From Scenedesmus sp. PABB004 (taxonomy: Eukaryota): 64,000 nt of DNA. The notes under the pieces are model-generated. The model was not told where the DNA came from. It saw nothing but the letters and a program-made list of their open reading frames with translations, and made no database searches. Position numbers and translations under genes: made by a program. The number at the start of each line of letters is the position of its first letter. Position 1 is the stretch's first letter. Where the stretch lies: NCBI GenBank assembly GCA_014905635.1, contig CM026547.1, positions 4,154,001 to 4,218,000 of the forward strand, given 5' to 3'. Below, one piece after another: positions 12,310 to 25,004 of the stretch.

Positions 12310-14417
12310 ATGCGAGCAGCGGCGCGGCTGGTCGCCGCGCTGCAGCGCGGAGGCGGCGGCGGCGGCATCCTGGCGGGGCGGTGGCGTGGCAGCGGCGCCC
12401 TCCGCGGCGCCGCCACGGCCACCGAGCCGCCCCGGCCGCCCCGGCACACCGGATATGCCGCCGCTGCCGCGCGCGGGCGGCGCGGCGCCGCCGCGGCGGC
12501 CGCGGCCGCGGGCCTGGAGCAGGGGCGCACCACCGCGCCCCACACGTTCCTGTTCAGCAGCGAGAGCGTGACGGAGGGGCACCCGGACAAGGTCTGCGAC
12601 CAGGTCAGCGACGCGGTGCTCGACGCGTGCCTGGCGCAGGACCCGGGCAGCAAGGTCGCGTGCGAGGCGGCGGTCAAGGACAACTTCCTGCTGGTGCGGC
12701 CGCGGCGGCGCAGCAGCGGGGGCAGGGGCGGGGGCAGGGGCGGGGGCGAGCCGGGGGCGCCCCCGCGCGCGCGGTGCGCTGCGTGCGAGAGGCTGTGTTG
12801 ACGCGTCGCGCCGCGCCGCGCGGCGCAGGTGTTTGGCGAGATCACAAGCCATGCGGAGGTCGACTACGCGGCGGTCGCGCGCGAGGCCGTGCGCCGCATC
12901 GGCTACGACCGCGAGTGCGTCGAGCGCGCCGCGCCGCGCCGCGCCGCGCCGCGCCCCCGGCGCGCGGCGGCGCGCGTGGGCCAGCCAGCCGAGGTCGAGC
13001 GCGCGCCCCCGCGGCCGCGGGCTGGGTGCGCAGGGAGCTCGGGTTCAACGCGTCCACCGCGGAGGTCAAGGTGCTGGTCGAGCAACAGGTGCCGGAGATA
13101 GGAGCGAGCGTGCACGGCTTGGGATCCAAGCCGCTCGAGGAGATAGGCGCCGGGGACCAAGGGATCATGTTCGGCTACGCGAGCGACGAGTCCCCCGAGC
13201 TCATGCCCCTCACGCACCTCCTCGCCAGCCAGCTGGCCTCGCGGCTCGCCGAGGTCCGGCGCAGCGGGCTCTGCCCATGGGCGCGCCCCGACGGCAAGAC
13301 GCAGGCGAGCGCGCGCCGGCCGCCGCCGGCCGCCGCGCCGCGCACCCAGCACGAGCGCGAAGGGGGGCGGGCGGGGGCCAGGAGGCCGACCGGGCGCGCC
13401 GCCGCCTCGCGCCGCCGCAGGTTACGGTCGAGTTTCTGCGGGACGGAGGTCACCTCGTGCCGCTGCGCATCCACACCGTGCTCATCAGCACGCAGCACGA
13501 GCCTGGCGTGAGCTTGCGGGAGGTGCAGGACGGCCTGATGGCGCACGTCGTCGCGCCCGTGCTGCCGGCGCGCCTGCTGGACGAGCGGACGCGGTACATC
13601 TTGAACCCCAGCGGCAGCTTCGTCCTGGGCGGCCCTGTCGGCGATGCGGGGCTGACGGGGCGAAAGATCATCGTGGACACGTACGTGAGTGCCGAGTGCC
13701 CGCGGCGCGTGCCGCGACGCTGGGCGCGGCGGGGCGGGGCGCGGCTGGGCGGCACCCCACCCCGCCTGACGCGCCGCGCCGCGGCGCCGCGCCGGCAGGG
13801 CGGCTGGGGCGCGCACGGCGGCGGCGCGTTCAGCGGCAAGGACTGCACCAAGGTCGACCGGTGAGCGGCCAGGAGGAGACGGGGGGCGCTGGCTGCGCGC
13901 TGGCAGCGCGCGCCGCGTCGGCGCGCCCGCGCGCGGGCGCAACGCGAGCCCTGGCGCGGGGCGCGGCGCCGACCCGCTCGCCGCCGCTGGCGCGTCCGCC
14001 GCAGCTCGGGCGCGTACGTCGCGCGGCAGGCGGCCAAGTCGGTCGTTGCCGCTGGCCTGGCGGCGCGCTGCCTCGTCCAGGTGAGCTGCGCACAGCGCGG
14101 GCGCGCCAGGCCGCCAAGCGGCGCGCCGTGCCGCCGTGAGCGTCGTGCCGCGCCGCCTGCAGATAAGCTACGGGATCGGGCTAGTGGAGCCCCTGTCGGT
14201 TTACGTGGACACGTTCAGGACGGGCAACGGCGTGTCGGACGAGGACATCCAGGCGTCCGTGCTGCGCAGCTTTGACCTCAGGCCGGGGCTCATCATGCGC
14301 AGCCTCGACCTGCAGCGCGGCGGCGGCGGGCGCTTTTCAAAGACGGCCGCGTACGGCCACTTTGGCCGGGACGACGACCCGGACTTCACCTGGGAGCGCG
14401 TGGTGGCGTTGCAGTGA
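12310..14417 (+). CDS. METK: S-adenosylmethionine synthetase (MAT), divergent, with ~78 aa N-terminal extension
   Basis: [74 protein letters not shown]. Confidence 0.95.
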
Positions 14418-14702
14418 CGCGCCGCGCGGCACGCTCCGCACGAGGCGCGCGCGCTTGCGAGGGCTCAGCTGCCAGCGCCGGCGCTGGCGTGCGTGCGTGT
14501 CGTGTGTCCCGCGCTTGTCGCACTCGCCCTGCAAGCACGCTTCGCCGCCCGAGCGCGCGACCCCGCGCGTCGCCGGAGCGAGCAGCGGCGCGCGGACCGG
14601 GCGCCGCGCGAGCTGGTGGGGACGCAGCCTGCCCGCAGCTGTTCCTCATCACGCCCGCTAGGCCCGGTCCCGTCCCCGCGCGCAGGCGCAGCAGCTGCAG
14701 GC

Positions 14703-16072
14703 ATGGCAGCAGAGAGCAGCGCCCTGCACACGACGGGCTCAGTATGGGCGGCGGCCTGTTCGGCAGCGCGCCAGGCCGGCGACGGGGAGGGCGAGGCGCA
14801 CGCGTTCTTCCTGGGCCCCCGGAGTGCGGGCAAGACCACGCTGGCGCGCGCTGCGCTGGGCGGCGGCGCCGCGGCGCGGCCGCCCGGCTGCGCGCCGGTT
14901 GACTACTTTTACGTGCGCCGCCTGGGCGCCGGCGAGCAGCAGCGGGAGCTGGCACACGTCTGGGACGTCGGCGGCGGCGACGAGCTCGCACATGCGCTGG
15001 CGGCGGGCGGCCAGCTGCTCCTCGCGCCCCGCCAGCTCGCGGCCGCGGTGCGCGCGCCGCCGGCTGGCAGCGGCGCCGCGGCGCGCGCGGGGCGCCGCGC
15101 GCGAGCCTCACGCCGCGCCGCTGGCGCCGCTGCCGGCAGGTGGTGGTCATCGTCTTGGACCTGTCTGAGCCGGGGCGCGCCGTGCCGGACGCGCTCGCGT
15201 GGCTGGCTCTCGTGCGCGAGCGGCTGGCCACGGCGTTCGTCGCGTTTGAGCGCAAGGGCCTCGCGCAGCTCCCGGCCCAGCTGCGCGCACGCCAGCGCGC
15301 CGTGCAGCTGCCGCCGCAGCACGAGGACCGGTCGCTCGTCGACTGCGCGGGCGTCAGCATCGTGCTCGCCTGCACCAAGCACGACGCGCTGCGCGACGCG
15401 GCCGAGCCCGAGACGCAGCGCGTGCTCGCGCGCGCGCTGCGCTGGGTCGCGCACGCGGCGGGCGCGCACCTCCTCTTCCTCGGCGGCCTCGCCGGCGGCG
15501 CCCCGGCCGGCCCGGGCAGCCGCGGCGGCCCGGCCGGCGGCGCCGGCGGCGCCCCCGGCCCCGCGCAGCTGCTCGACAACTTCAGCCGTCTGCTGCGGCA
15601 CCTGCTCTTCGCCGGCATGGCCCGGCGGCCCGCGCTGCGCCTCGCGCCGCTGGCGGACCACCTGGGCCCCCTCATGCTGCCCGCGGGGTGCGACAGCTTC
15701 CGGGACATCGGCACGCCCCACGGCGGCCCGCTGCCCGGCGGCGGTGGCGCGCTGACGGCCGCGGACGTCGCGGCGGTGCAGGCCGAGTGGGCCGCGCTCG
15801 CGGCGCGCGTGCCGCCGCCGCCGCCGGCGCGCGCGCCGCGCGGCGGCGCGCGCCCCGCCGGCGCGCGCGAGCCGCCGGGCGCCGCCGACGCGCGCTGGGC
15901 GGAGGAGGCGGTGGACGAGGCGGCGGCGCGGCGCGCGGCCGCGCTGGAGGCGCACCGCTGCGAGCAGGAGGCCGCGCGGCGCGCCGAGGCGGCGGCGCGG
16001 CGCGCGGCCCGGGCCGCCGCCGCGGCGGGCGCGGGCGCGGCGACGGTCGCGCCGCCACCGGCTGGCCGGTGA
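14703..16072 (+). CDS. DYNC2LI1: Cytoplasmic dynein-2 light intermediate chain (retrograde IFT), two exons
   Basis: P-loop FLGPRSAGKTTL, ELAHVWDVGGG, VVIVLDLSEP, IVLACTKHD, LRWVAH, DHLGPLMLPAGCDSFRDIG match D1bLIC family motifs. Confidence 0.8.
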
Positions 16073-16164
16073 GGTTACACGTGCGCCTGGGGCTGGTCGC
16101 CCGGGGCCGCGCGGCCCCGCGCCCTGGCTGCCGTCTCGCGCAGCGCGTCGCGCGCCACGCCACG

Positions 16165-19100
16165 TCACGCGGTCTGGTCTGTGAGGCCCGCCTTGTTGAG
16201 GACGCTGATGAACTGGTCCTCGTCGTTGAACGGCACCTGGCGCCATGGAGTGCGGCGCGGCGGAGCGCGCGCGCAGGGCAGGGCGGGGCAGGGAGCATGT
16301 GTGACACAGGCGGGCAGTGGCGCGGTCGGCACGGCGCGGAGTGCGGGCGCGCACGCGGGGCTGGGCGGCGGGGCCCGGGGGCGCACCTCGGGGATGGGGT
16401 GCTGGAAGTACGAGGCGATCGCGTCGATGACTTGCCGGTCCTGGCGGGGCACAGCGGGGCGCACGCGGTGTGCAGCGGCGCAGTGCGGCAGCGGCGCAGC
16501 GGCGGGCGAGTCGGCGCGGCGCGGCGCGCGCGCGGCAAATCGGGCGGGCGCCGCCGCACACGGGCGGCGGGGCGGCTCGCGCGCCGCGCGCCTCAGACAC
16601 GCACAAACCCTTGCGCAGTCAGCGCCGCCCCGCGCGGGGCGCGGCGGCTCAGCCCGGCGCCGCGGCCGGGGGTGAAGAGTGCTGTCATCACCGGCGCGCG
16701 GCCCCCGCCCCCGCCCCCGCGCCCCGCCGCAGCCCGCGCCGCGCGCCTGGTGGCCCGTGACGAGGTTGAACGCCGCGCCCTTGCGCCCGAAGCGCCCGCT
16801 GCGGCCGATGCGGTGCAGGTAGGTCTCGTAGTTGGGCGTGCGCTGGTCGCGCTCGACCGGCATGTCAAAGTTGACCACCAGCGTCACCTGCACGCCGCGG
16901 CGCGGCACGTGACGCGGTGGCGGCGGCGGCGACGCCGTGAGCAGGCACGGGGAGAGAGCGAGGGGCGGCCGGCGCAGGGCGTCGCGGCGGCGGCGGCGAC
17001 TGTGCGCGCGTTGCCAACGTCACACACGCACCTGGCTGACGTCGAAGCCACGCGAGAGCACGTCGGTGGAGATGAGGATCTTGGTCTCGCCGCGCCGGAA
17101 CTCGCCGACCACGCGGTCGCGGTCCTCAAAGTTCATGTCGCCCTGCGGCGCCGGCCACGGCCACGGCACAGCTTAGCGCGCCGACCAGCCGCGCCAAACG
17201 CGCCGCCGCCGCACGCGCCGCGCCGCGCCCGCCCGCCTCGCGCCCTCCCGCCCGTATTGCCGCGCGCTCCCGCTCCCCGTCTGCGACCCCCTCCTGCCGC
17301 GCCTGCGCGCGCGCGCGCGCCTGTATGCTGGTGATCTTGTAGCCCCAGTTTTGCATCTGCGCGTGCAGCGTGCGGCTCATCTCCTTGGTGCGCACAAAGA
17401 TGATGGTCTGGCCCAGCTTCTCGCAGTTGGGGAAGATCATGTCCTTGAGCACGCTGACCTTGTCCAGCGGGCTCGGGCAGCTGGCGCGGGAGGGGGGCGA
17501 GGGGGGCGGCGAGGGAGGGCAGGGGAGGGCGGGCGAGTGAGGCGCGGCGCCGCCGCGTCAGGTGAGGCTGGCGCGCGCCGGGCGCCGGGCGGGGCGGCCG
17601 CCCGCGGCGCCGCCCTCCCTCTCTGCCTCCCCCGCCTCTCCCCATTCTCTCCCAAGCCCCTGCCTCTGCCTCTCACCTGACGTTGTACTGGCTGATGACG
17701 TCCAGCGACAGCTCCTCCTTGGGCACAAACACCTGCGCGCGTCCAAGGCACCACCCAAGGCAGCACCACGACCACGGCGCGGCGCGGGCGGCGTGGGCGC
17801 GGCGGCCGCTGGCGGCGCGCGGCGGCGCGCGGCGGCGGGCGGCGCGCGCGGCGGCGGGGGCGGCGCGCCTGGTTGGCGTTGGGCGCGATGCGAATGGCAA
17901 ACTCCTTGACGCGGTCGTTGAAGGTCGCGCTGAAGAGCAGCAGCTGCACCTCGGGGTTCTTCTTGCGGATCGTCTTAATCAGCCGCACTGTGCGCACAGC
18001 GGACGCGGCGGCGGCGGCCCGCGCGTCGGCGCGCCGCAGGCTCCAGGCTCGGGCGCTCACCGGCACGCAGCGCCGGCGCACAGCCCCATCTGCTCCCCCT
18101 CACACACACCCACGACATGCCCACCGCCCACAACACACACAGCGCGCACCGGAGTCGTCGGCGAACGCGTCTGCCTTGAGCATCTCGTCCGCCTCGTCAA
18201 ACACCAGGATCGCGATGCGGTCGACCTCGAGCTGCCGCTTGGCCACCCAGTTCTTCAGCCGCCCGTGCGTGCCAATGATGACCTGCACGCGCGCGCGCGC
18301 GACCGCACGGCGCCGGCACGGCGGCGGCGGCCGTCAGCGCGCGGCGGGTCGCGGCCCGTGCGGCCGCCGCCGCCGCCACCTGCGCCGCGGCGGCGTGCGC
18401 CGCGCCGCCGCGCCGCCGCCGCCGCCGCGCCTGCTCGATGAGCTTGCGGCCGCGCGCGCCCGCGGTGTCGTCGCCCTCCTCCGCGGTCGAGGCGCTGGTG
18501 ATGCCGCTATACTTTGCCATCTTGCGCAGCACGCTCAGGTTCTGCGACACCAGCTCGCGCGTCGTGCACATGCACAGCGCCTGCGGGGCCTTGACCGCGG
18601 GGTCGACCCTGCGGCGCGGCGGCCAGGGCGGTGCGGCGGCGGCGGCGGCGGCGCGCGTCGGCGCGCGCGCGAGACCCTCTCTCGTGCCCCGTCGCCCGCG
18701 CTCCCCCTGACAGTCCCCGCCGCCGGTGTCCCCCAGGCCGCCCCCGCCGGCGCGCCCACCTGCTGAGCATGGCAAGCACAAAGCAGGTGGTCTTGCCGGA
18801 GCCGTTGTGCGCCTGGGCGATGAGGTCCTTGTACACGCCCGCCTCGCTGCGGCGCAGGATCATGGGCAGCGTGGTCGCCTGGATCTTGCTGGGGCGCTCA
18901 AACTTCATCTCCGTGTAGATCGCCTGAGTGCGAGGTTGGCGGCGCGTGGGTGGCGGCGCGTGTGTGACGCAGAGAGAGGGAGCCGGGGAGCGGCGCCCAG
19001 GGGTGAGCAGGGGCGAACAGGGGCGAGCAGGGGTGAGCGGGGCGCGGGCGGGCGGCGTGGGGCGTGAGTGCTGCGCACTGAAGCCGCCGCCGCCGCCGCC

Positions 19101-19642
19101 GCTGGCTGCTCCAAACCGCCGCCCGCGCGCTGCTCCCAGCGGCCGCGCGGCCCGCCGCCCGCGCCGCGCCACGCCGCGCGGCCGCGGGGCACGCCTGCAG
19201 GAGCTGTGGGTTTGAGATGATGTCCTCGAAGCTCGTCGCGCTGCGGTAGATGCCCGCGTCCGCCTGGCTCGTCACGGTCCTGATCTCGCCGCCCGTGCTC
19301 TCGCGCAGGCCCTGCCCCAGGCGCAGCGCCAGGTCCGGGTCGTCCACATCGTCCTCGGTCACCTGCGGGGGTCACACGCCAGCGCGGGGGCGCGTCGGGC
19401 GGCGCCGTGCCGCTGCAGCCGTGCGCGCCGCCGCCGCCGCCGCGGCGGCCCGGGCCAGCGACGCCGCGGGCGCGCGCCTTAGTTGCCGCGAGGCTGCTGG
19501 CGAGGCGGTCCGCCTCGTCCGGCTCCGCCGCAGGCACGGCGGGCGGCGCGTCGGCTGGCGCGTCCTCGGCCAGCCCCGGCGGCGCTGCGGGCTTGACGCC
19601 CAGCTTGGCGGTGAAGCCGGGCGGCACATCGTCGTCCGCCAT
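16165..19642 (-). CDS. DBP5: DEAD-box mRNA export helicase DBP5/LOS4 (RH38), multi-exon
   Basis: [81 protein letters not shown]. Confidence 0.95.
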
Positions 19643-20134
19643 CACGGCGGCGGCCGCTGCTGCGCGGCGAGCGCCTGCGGCGAGGCGGCAGCAGCAAGTG
19701 GCGCGCTGCGCAGTGGCGCTGAGGGGCGCCAGGGGCGGGCCTGGCCGCTGCGCTGGAGGATCATCTACTGCTGCTGCTGCTGCTGCTGCTGCCGGTGCGC
19801 CGCGCGCTTGTGCCACTGCCGCGGCCGCACCTGTGCGCCCAGCCGAGTCGCAGCACGCAGTCGGAGCCCCGCCTCCTCAAGAGCCGGCCGGGTAGCAGGC
19901 CGCGAGAGGGGGCTGCGGGCTGCTGTCGCGCCTGGGAGGCCTGGCAGCGTCCCGGAAGCTTGTCGAAAGACCAACGACACTGGGCGCGGCCCGTCGGTGG
20001 CGCTGGCCACGCCGACGGCACCGGCGGCAGCGGCGGAGCGTCGCGACGAACGACGGCGCCGGCTCCAGCGCACGCCGCGGCCAAACCGCACACCCGGGCC
20101 GCCGCCGCACACACAGCCGCCGCAGCGCGCCGCG

Positions 20135-22439
20135 ATGCCGAAAGTGCGGCGGCCGGCGAGCGTGCTCGCCGGCGCCGCGCGGGCGGCGCACGGGCAGCAG
20201 CGGCCGCGCGCGCCCGGACTCGGCGCCGCGCAGGGCGGCGGCCCTGGCGCGGCGGCGGCCCCCGACAAACGGCGGCCGGCCAGGCCGGGCAGCACCGGCG
20301 GCCCGAAGCAGCAGCCGCCGCAGCAGCACCCGCCGCAGCAGCACCAGCAGCCGGCGGCGTGGCGCTGCGCGAGCGTGATCGACCAGCAGGCCGCGGAGGC
20401 GGTCGGCCGCCTGCTGGCGGCGGCGGAGACGCGCAGTGCGGGCGCGACGATCAAGAGGTGCGGCGGCGGCGGCGGCGGCGGCGGCGCGGCAGCTGCGCTG
20501 CGGGTGCGCCGTCGACGCCGCCGCCGACCGCCGACCGCCGACCGCCGCGCAGCCTGACGCTGGCACCGCACGTGGTGCACAAGAAGCCGACGTTTGCGGT
20601 GACGTGCGAGACGCTGCGGCACCTGCCGCTGCTCAAGCGCGTGCTGGCGGCCGCGGGGCTGCCGGGCGACGCGGCGCCGCGCCTGTCGCCCGCGGCGGCC
20701 TACGTGCTGACCTATGAGCTGCTGTTCGGCGAGGTGTGGCACACGGTGGCAGGGGCGGCGCCGGCGGCAGGCAGGCAGCGGCGGCAGCGGCGGCAGCGGC
20801 GGCAGCGGCGGCAGCGGCGGCAGCGGCGGCAGCGGCCGACGCCGACGCCGCGCGTGCCGCGCGCTTGCGCCGCGCCGCGCGCAGGGCTTCCGGGGCAAGG
20901 GCCCCGCCGAGGCGGCGGTGCTCGCGCGGCAGGCGGCGCTGCGGGCGGAGCTGGCGGGCCTGCTCGCGCAGGCGGGCGCGGCCGACGCGGGCGCGTGGCT
21001 CGCGGCGCAGCAGGCGCCGGCCGCGGCGGCGGGCGCGGCGCCGCACCCGCGCCACGCGCGCGTCAACACGCTCAAGGCCTCCGTGGCGGAGGTGCTCGCG
21101 CAGCTGCGCGCGCCGCCCGACGGCCGGCCGGCCAAGCGCGCGCGGGGGGCCGCCGGCGCCGGCGGCGGCGGCGCCGCCGCCGCGGGGCTCGCGGCCGTGC
21201 GCGTGGATGAGCTGCTGCCAGACCTGCTGGTGTTCCCGCCGGGCACCGACCTGCACGACCACCCGCTGGTGGAGGCGGGCGTGCTGGTGCTGCAGGTGCG
21301 GCGGGGAGGCGACGCCGAGAGCGCCCCGCCCCGCCGCGCACGCGGCCTGCGCCCGCACAGCCGCCGCCCGGCCGACGCCGCCGCCCGCCGCGCCCTGCCG
21401 CCGCGGGCGCAGAGCAAGGCGAGCTGCATGCCCGCGCACGCGCTGCGCCCGCAGCCGGGCTGGCAGGTGGTTGACTGCTGCGCCGCGCCCGGCAACAAGA
21501 CGACGCACGTCGCGGCGCTGCTGCACGCGGCGTGCGCCGCCGCCGGCGGCGAGTCGCGGCCGGGCGCCGCGCCGCCGCGCGTGTGGGCGTTTGACAAGGA
21601 CCCGAAGCGCCTGAAGCGCCTCGCCGCCAACGTCGCGCGCACGGGCGCGGGCGGCCTCGTGGCGGCGCGGGCGGCCGACTTTCTGTCGCTCGACCCCGCC
21701 GCCCCGGAGTTTGCGGGCGTGCGGGGCGTGGTGCTGGATCCCTCCTGCAGCGGCTCGGGCACCGTCGTGTCGCGCATGGACCACCTGCTGCCCCCGCCGA
21801 GCGGCGGCGCCGACGAGGCGAGCGGCGAGGCGGGCGGCGCGGAGGCGCAGCGCGTCGAGCAGCTGGCCAAGTTCCAGGTGCGCGTTTGGAAGGGAGAGGG
21901 GCCGCCCGCGCACGAGGCACCCCGCACGGTGGGGCTGCGGCCCCTGGCCTGCGCCGCCGACGCGCCGCTCACGCGCCGCCGCGCCGCCGGTCGTGCCCGC
22001 CCGCACGCATTTGCAGGAGGCGGCGCTGCTCCACGCGCTGCGCTTCCCGGGCCTCACGCGCCTCGTCTACTCCACCTGCAGCGTGCACCGGCGGGAGAAC
22101 GAGGACGTCGTCGCAGCCGTGCTGCCGGCGGCGCGCGCGGCGGGGCTGTGCCTGGCCGACCCCTTCCCCGCCTGGCCGCGCCGCGGGCTGCCCGGCAGCG
22201 TGCCCGGCGCGGAGCTGCTCGTGCGCACCGACCCGCGCGAGGACGGGACCGACGGCTTCTTTGTGGCGGTCTTTGAACGGCAGCCGCCGGAGAAGGCGGA
22301 GCAGCCGCAGGCGCAGCAGGGCGAGCAGCAGCGGGGCACGCAGCAGGCGCAGCAGCAGCAGGGTGAGCAGCAGCAGCGGCAGCCGGCGCGCAAGGGCAAG
22401 AAGAAAGCGCGGCGGCGGCAGGAGCAGGAGCAGGGCTGA
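20135..22439 (+). CDS. NSUN5: LSU rRNA m5C methyltransferase NSUN5/Rcm1
   Basis: VLTYELLFG, PRHARVNTLK, DLHDHPLV..GVLVLQSKASCMPA, DCCAAPGNKT, LDPSCSGSG, VYSTCSVHRRENEDVV, TDGFFVA. Confidence 0.93.
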
Positions 22440-22941
22440 GCGCGAACGTGCAAGGTAACGGCGTTACTGCGCCGCCGCCGCACGCCGCCGCCACCGCACG
22501 CCGCAGCCGCCGACAGACGCCGGCGGCGGCGGATCCGGAGCAATGAAAACGCACGCGCGTGCGTGTGTTTGCGTGCGCGCGTCCACACCGACGCGCGCGC
22601 AGGGGGCGCGCCGGGCGTGCAGCTTGTGCAGCTGCCGGCCCAGCGCGCGCCCTGGAAGGATGGATGCCCACGAATTCCCTCTCCTCGCGCGCGCGTCCGC
22701 GCGCCGCGTATGATACAGCACCCTGCGCCCCCAGGCTTGTGTGTGCGTGCGTGTGCCGCCGCACGTTATTGCTGGCCTGCCTCCCGCGGCGCGGGCCGCC
22801 GCGCGGGGCGCCGCTGCCGCTGCAGCGGCTGCCCCGCGCGCCGCCCCGCCCCGCGCGGCCGCCGCGGCTGCAGCTGCAGCCGCCGGCCGCCGGAGCCGGG
22901 CGCTGCTGCTGCCGCCGCGCTGCTGCTGCTGTGTCGTGCGC

Positions 22942-24567
22942 TCATATGTGTCGCACGATGGCGATGACGAGCAGCAGCGCGATCATGCAGAGCAGGAAGA
23001 TGATGCACAGCGCGGCGCGCCCCGCGCGCTGCGTCTTCTCCGCGCGCACCAGCTCCTTCACGCCCTCCTCGACCTGCGGCGGCGCGGCGCCGGCGCGCCG
23101 CGTCGGCCCCTGCGCCAGCACCCGCGCGGCGCGGGCAGGCGGGCCCCGGCGGCCGCGCGCGCCGCCGCGCGCGCAGGCAGGCATTCAGGCAGGCGGGCGG
23201 CGCCGTGCCTTCATCGCGGTCTGCGTGACGTTGGCGTCGATGCGGTCGAGCATGGACCCCTGCTCCACGACGAGCGTGGAGAGGTCGCGCATGATCTGCC
23301 CCAGCTCCGCGATCGTCTCCACGATCTTCCGGATCTCCTCGTCCCGCTCCTCGATCAGCGCCTCCGCCTGCGACACCTGCGCGCCGCGCCGCGCCGCGCG
23401 GCCGGCCGGCGGCGCCGCGCGGGCGTCGGCCGCGGCCGCGGCGCCGCGCAGTGCGCAGTGCGCAGCGCGCAGCGTGCGCAGCGCGCCGCGCCGCGCCTTT
23501 TGCAGCTGCGCCTCGGTGAAGCCCGGGTCGGCCCAGCCGCCGCCGCCGCCGGGGCCGGCGGCGTCGTCCTCGATCAGCCCGATGCTGCTGCCCTGCGCGA
23601 GGCCCTTCTGCGCCTCCATCTTGTTCAGGTAGCGCGTCTCCTCCTTGCGGAACTCAACCGACAGCTTGAACAGCGCCTGCGCGAGCTGCCGCTGCACCTG
23701 CAGCCGCACCTGCGCGGCGGTGCGGCGGTGCGGCGGCGCGCGGCGGCGGGGGCGGCTCGCGCGGCGCGCTGCCCGCTGCCGCCGCCGCGCGCGCCGCGGC
23801 CGCCGCCGCCGCGGGCGCGCGCGCCGCCGCCGCCGCCGCGCAGGCGCGCGCCTGCGCGTCGTCGTCGCCCGCCTGGGGCGCGGCCATGGCGCGGATCTCG
23901 CCGTCGAGGCGCTTGAACCCCGCCTGCACCTCGCGCGTGAGCACGTCCACGTGGCTCGCGGGCGACGCCTCGCTGTCAAACGTCACCAGCAGCGCCTTGG
24001 AGTGGAATCTGGGCGCCAGCGGCGCACGGCGCGGCGCGGCGCTGCTCGGCCCCGGCACGGCGCCGTGCCGCCGCGCGCGGCGCTGGCCGCGGGCGCCCGG
24101 CGCGCCTGCCCGCGCTGGCCCGCGCGCAGCGCCGCGCCGCGCCGCTCACTCCTTGAGCCGGCCCAGGCGCTCCTTGAGCTGCGTCATGTCGGCGCGGATG
24201 CGCTCGCTGCGGCCCACCCACGACGGCGCGTACGCCGCGCCGATGCCGGCGGGGCCCATCTCGATGTCCGAGCTGCCGAGCGCCGCGCCGAGCAGCTTCG
24301 ACGTCGCGTGGTCGTCCAGCCTGAGCGCGCCGGGCCGGCGCCGGCGGCGGCGGCGGCGGCGGCCGGGCATGACGGTGTGCAGCGCCCGGCGCTGCAGCCG
24401 CGCGCCGCGCGCCGCGCGGCACCGCCGCAACAGCGGCGCCGCGCGCCGCCGCTCGCCGCGCCGCGCCACGCGCACCGCTCGTCGCCGTACGCCTCCGGCC
24501 GACGCGCGCGCTTGGCCTCATTGCGGTAGCGCACAAACTGCTGCGTAAGGTTGCGCGTGCTGGCCAT
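22942..24567 (-). CDS. SYP4: Syntaxin-16 / SYP4 (Tlg2) Qa-SNARE
   Basis: MASTRNLTQQFVRYR N-peptide, APSWV, SNARE motif ERDEEIRKIVETIAELGQIMRDLSTLVVEQGSMLDRIDANV, C-terminal TM helix. Confidence 0.93.
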
Positions 24568-25004
24568 GGTCGCGGGGCGCGCAGGCCCGCGCCGCCCGGG
24601 GCCCGCTCCTCCGGGCCCAGCCGCTGCCGGAGAACGGTGCGAGACTGTGAGAGACCTGAACAGGCTCACTGCACAAGGCACGGCGCGCCGGGCGCGTTGG
24701 CGGTGGGCGCGGGCGCGGGAGCGTGCGTGGGCCGGGCGCGGGGCGTCAAAGGCCTTGGTCGTGGCGCTGGGAACCGTGTCGCTGCAGAGGCCGGGGGAGG
24801 CTACGGGCCGGCGGGGCACAAGAGCAGCAGACACACAACACGCGAGCTTTTTCTTTCACCCGGGCCCCAGAACGCGCTCCCCGCCCGCCAGCGGCTCGCC
24901 AGCGCCATTCTCTATCCGCACGTAGCGCCTGCGCGGCGGTTCCCCCTGTCCGCCGGGGGTGCGCTGCTCCGCCGCTGCTGCTGCGCCGGCGCCGCGCGCG
25001 GCGC

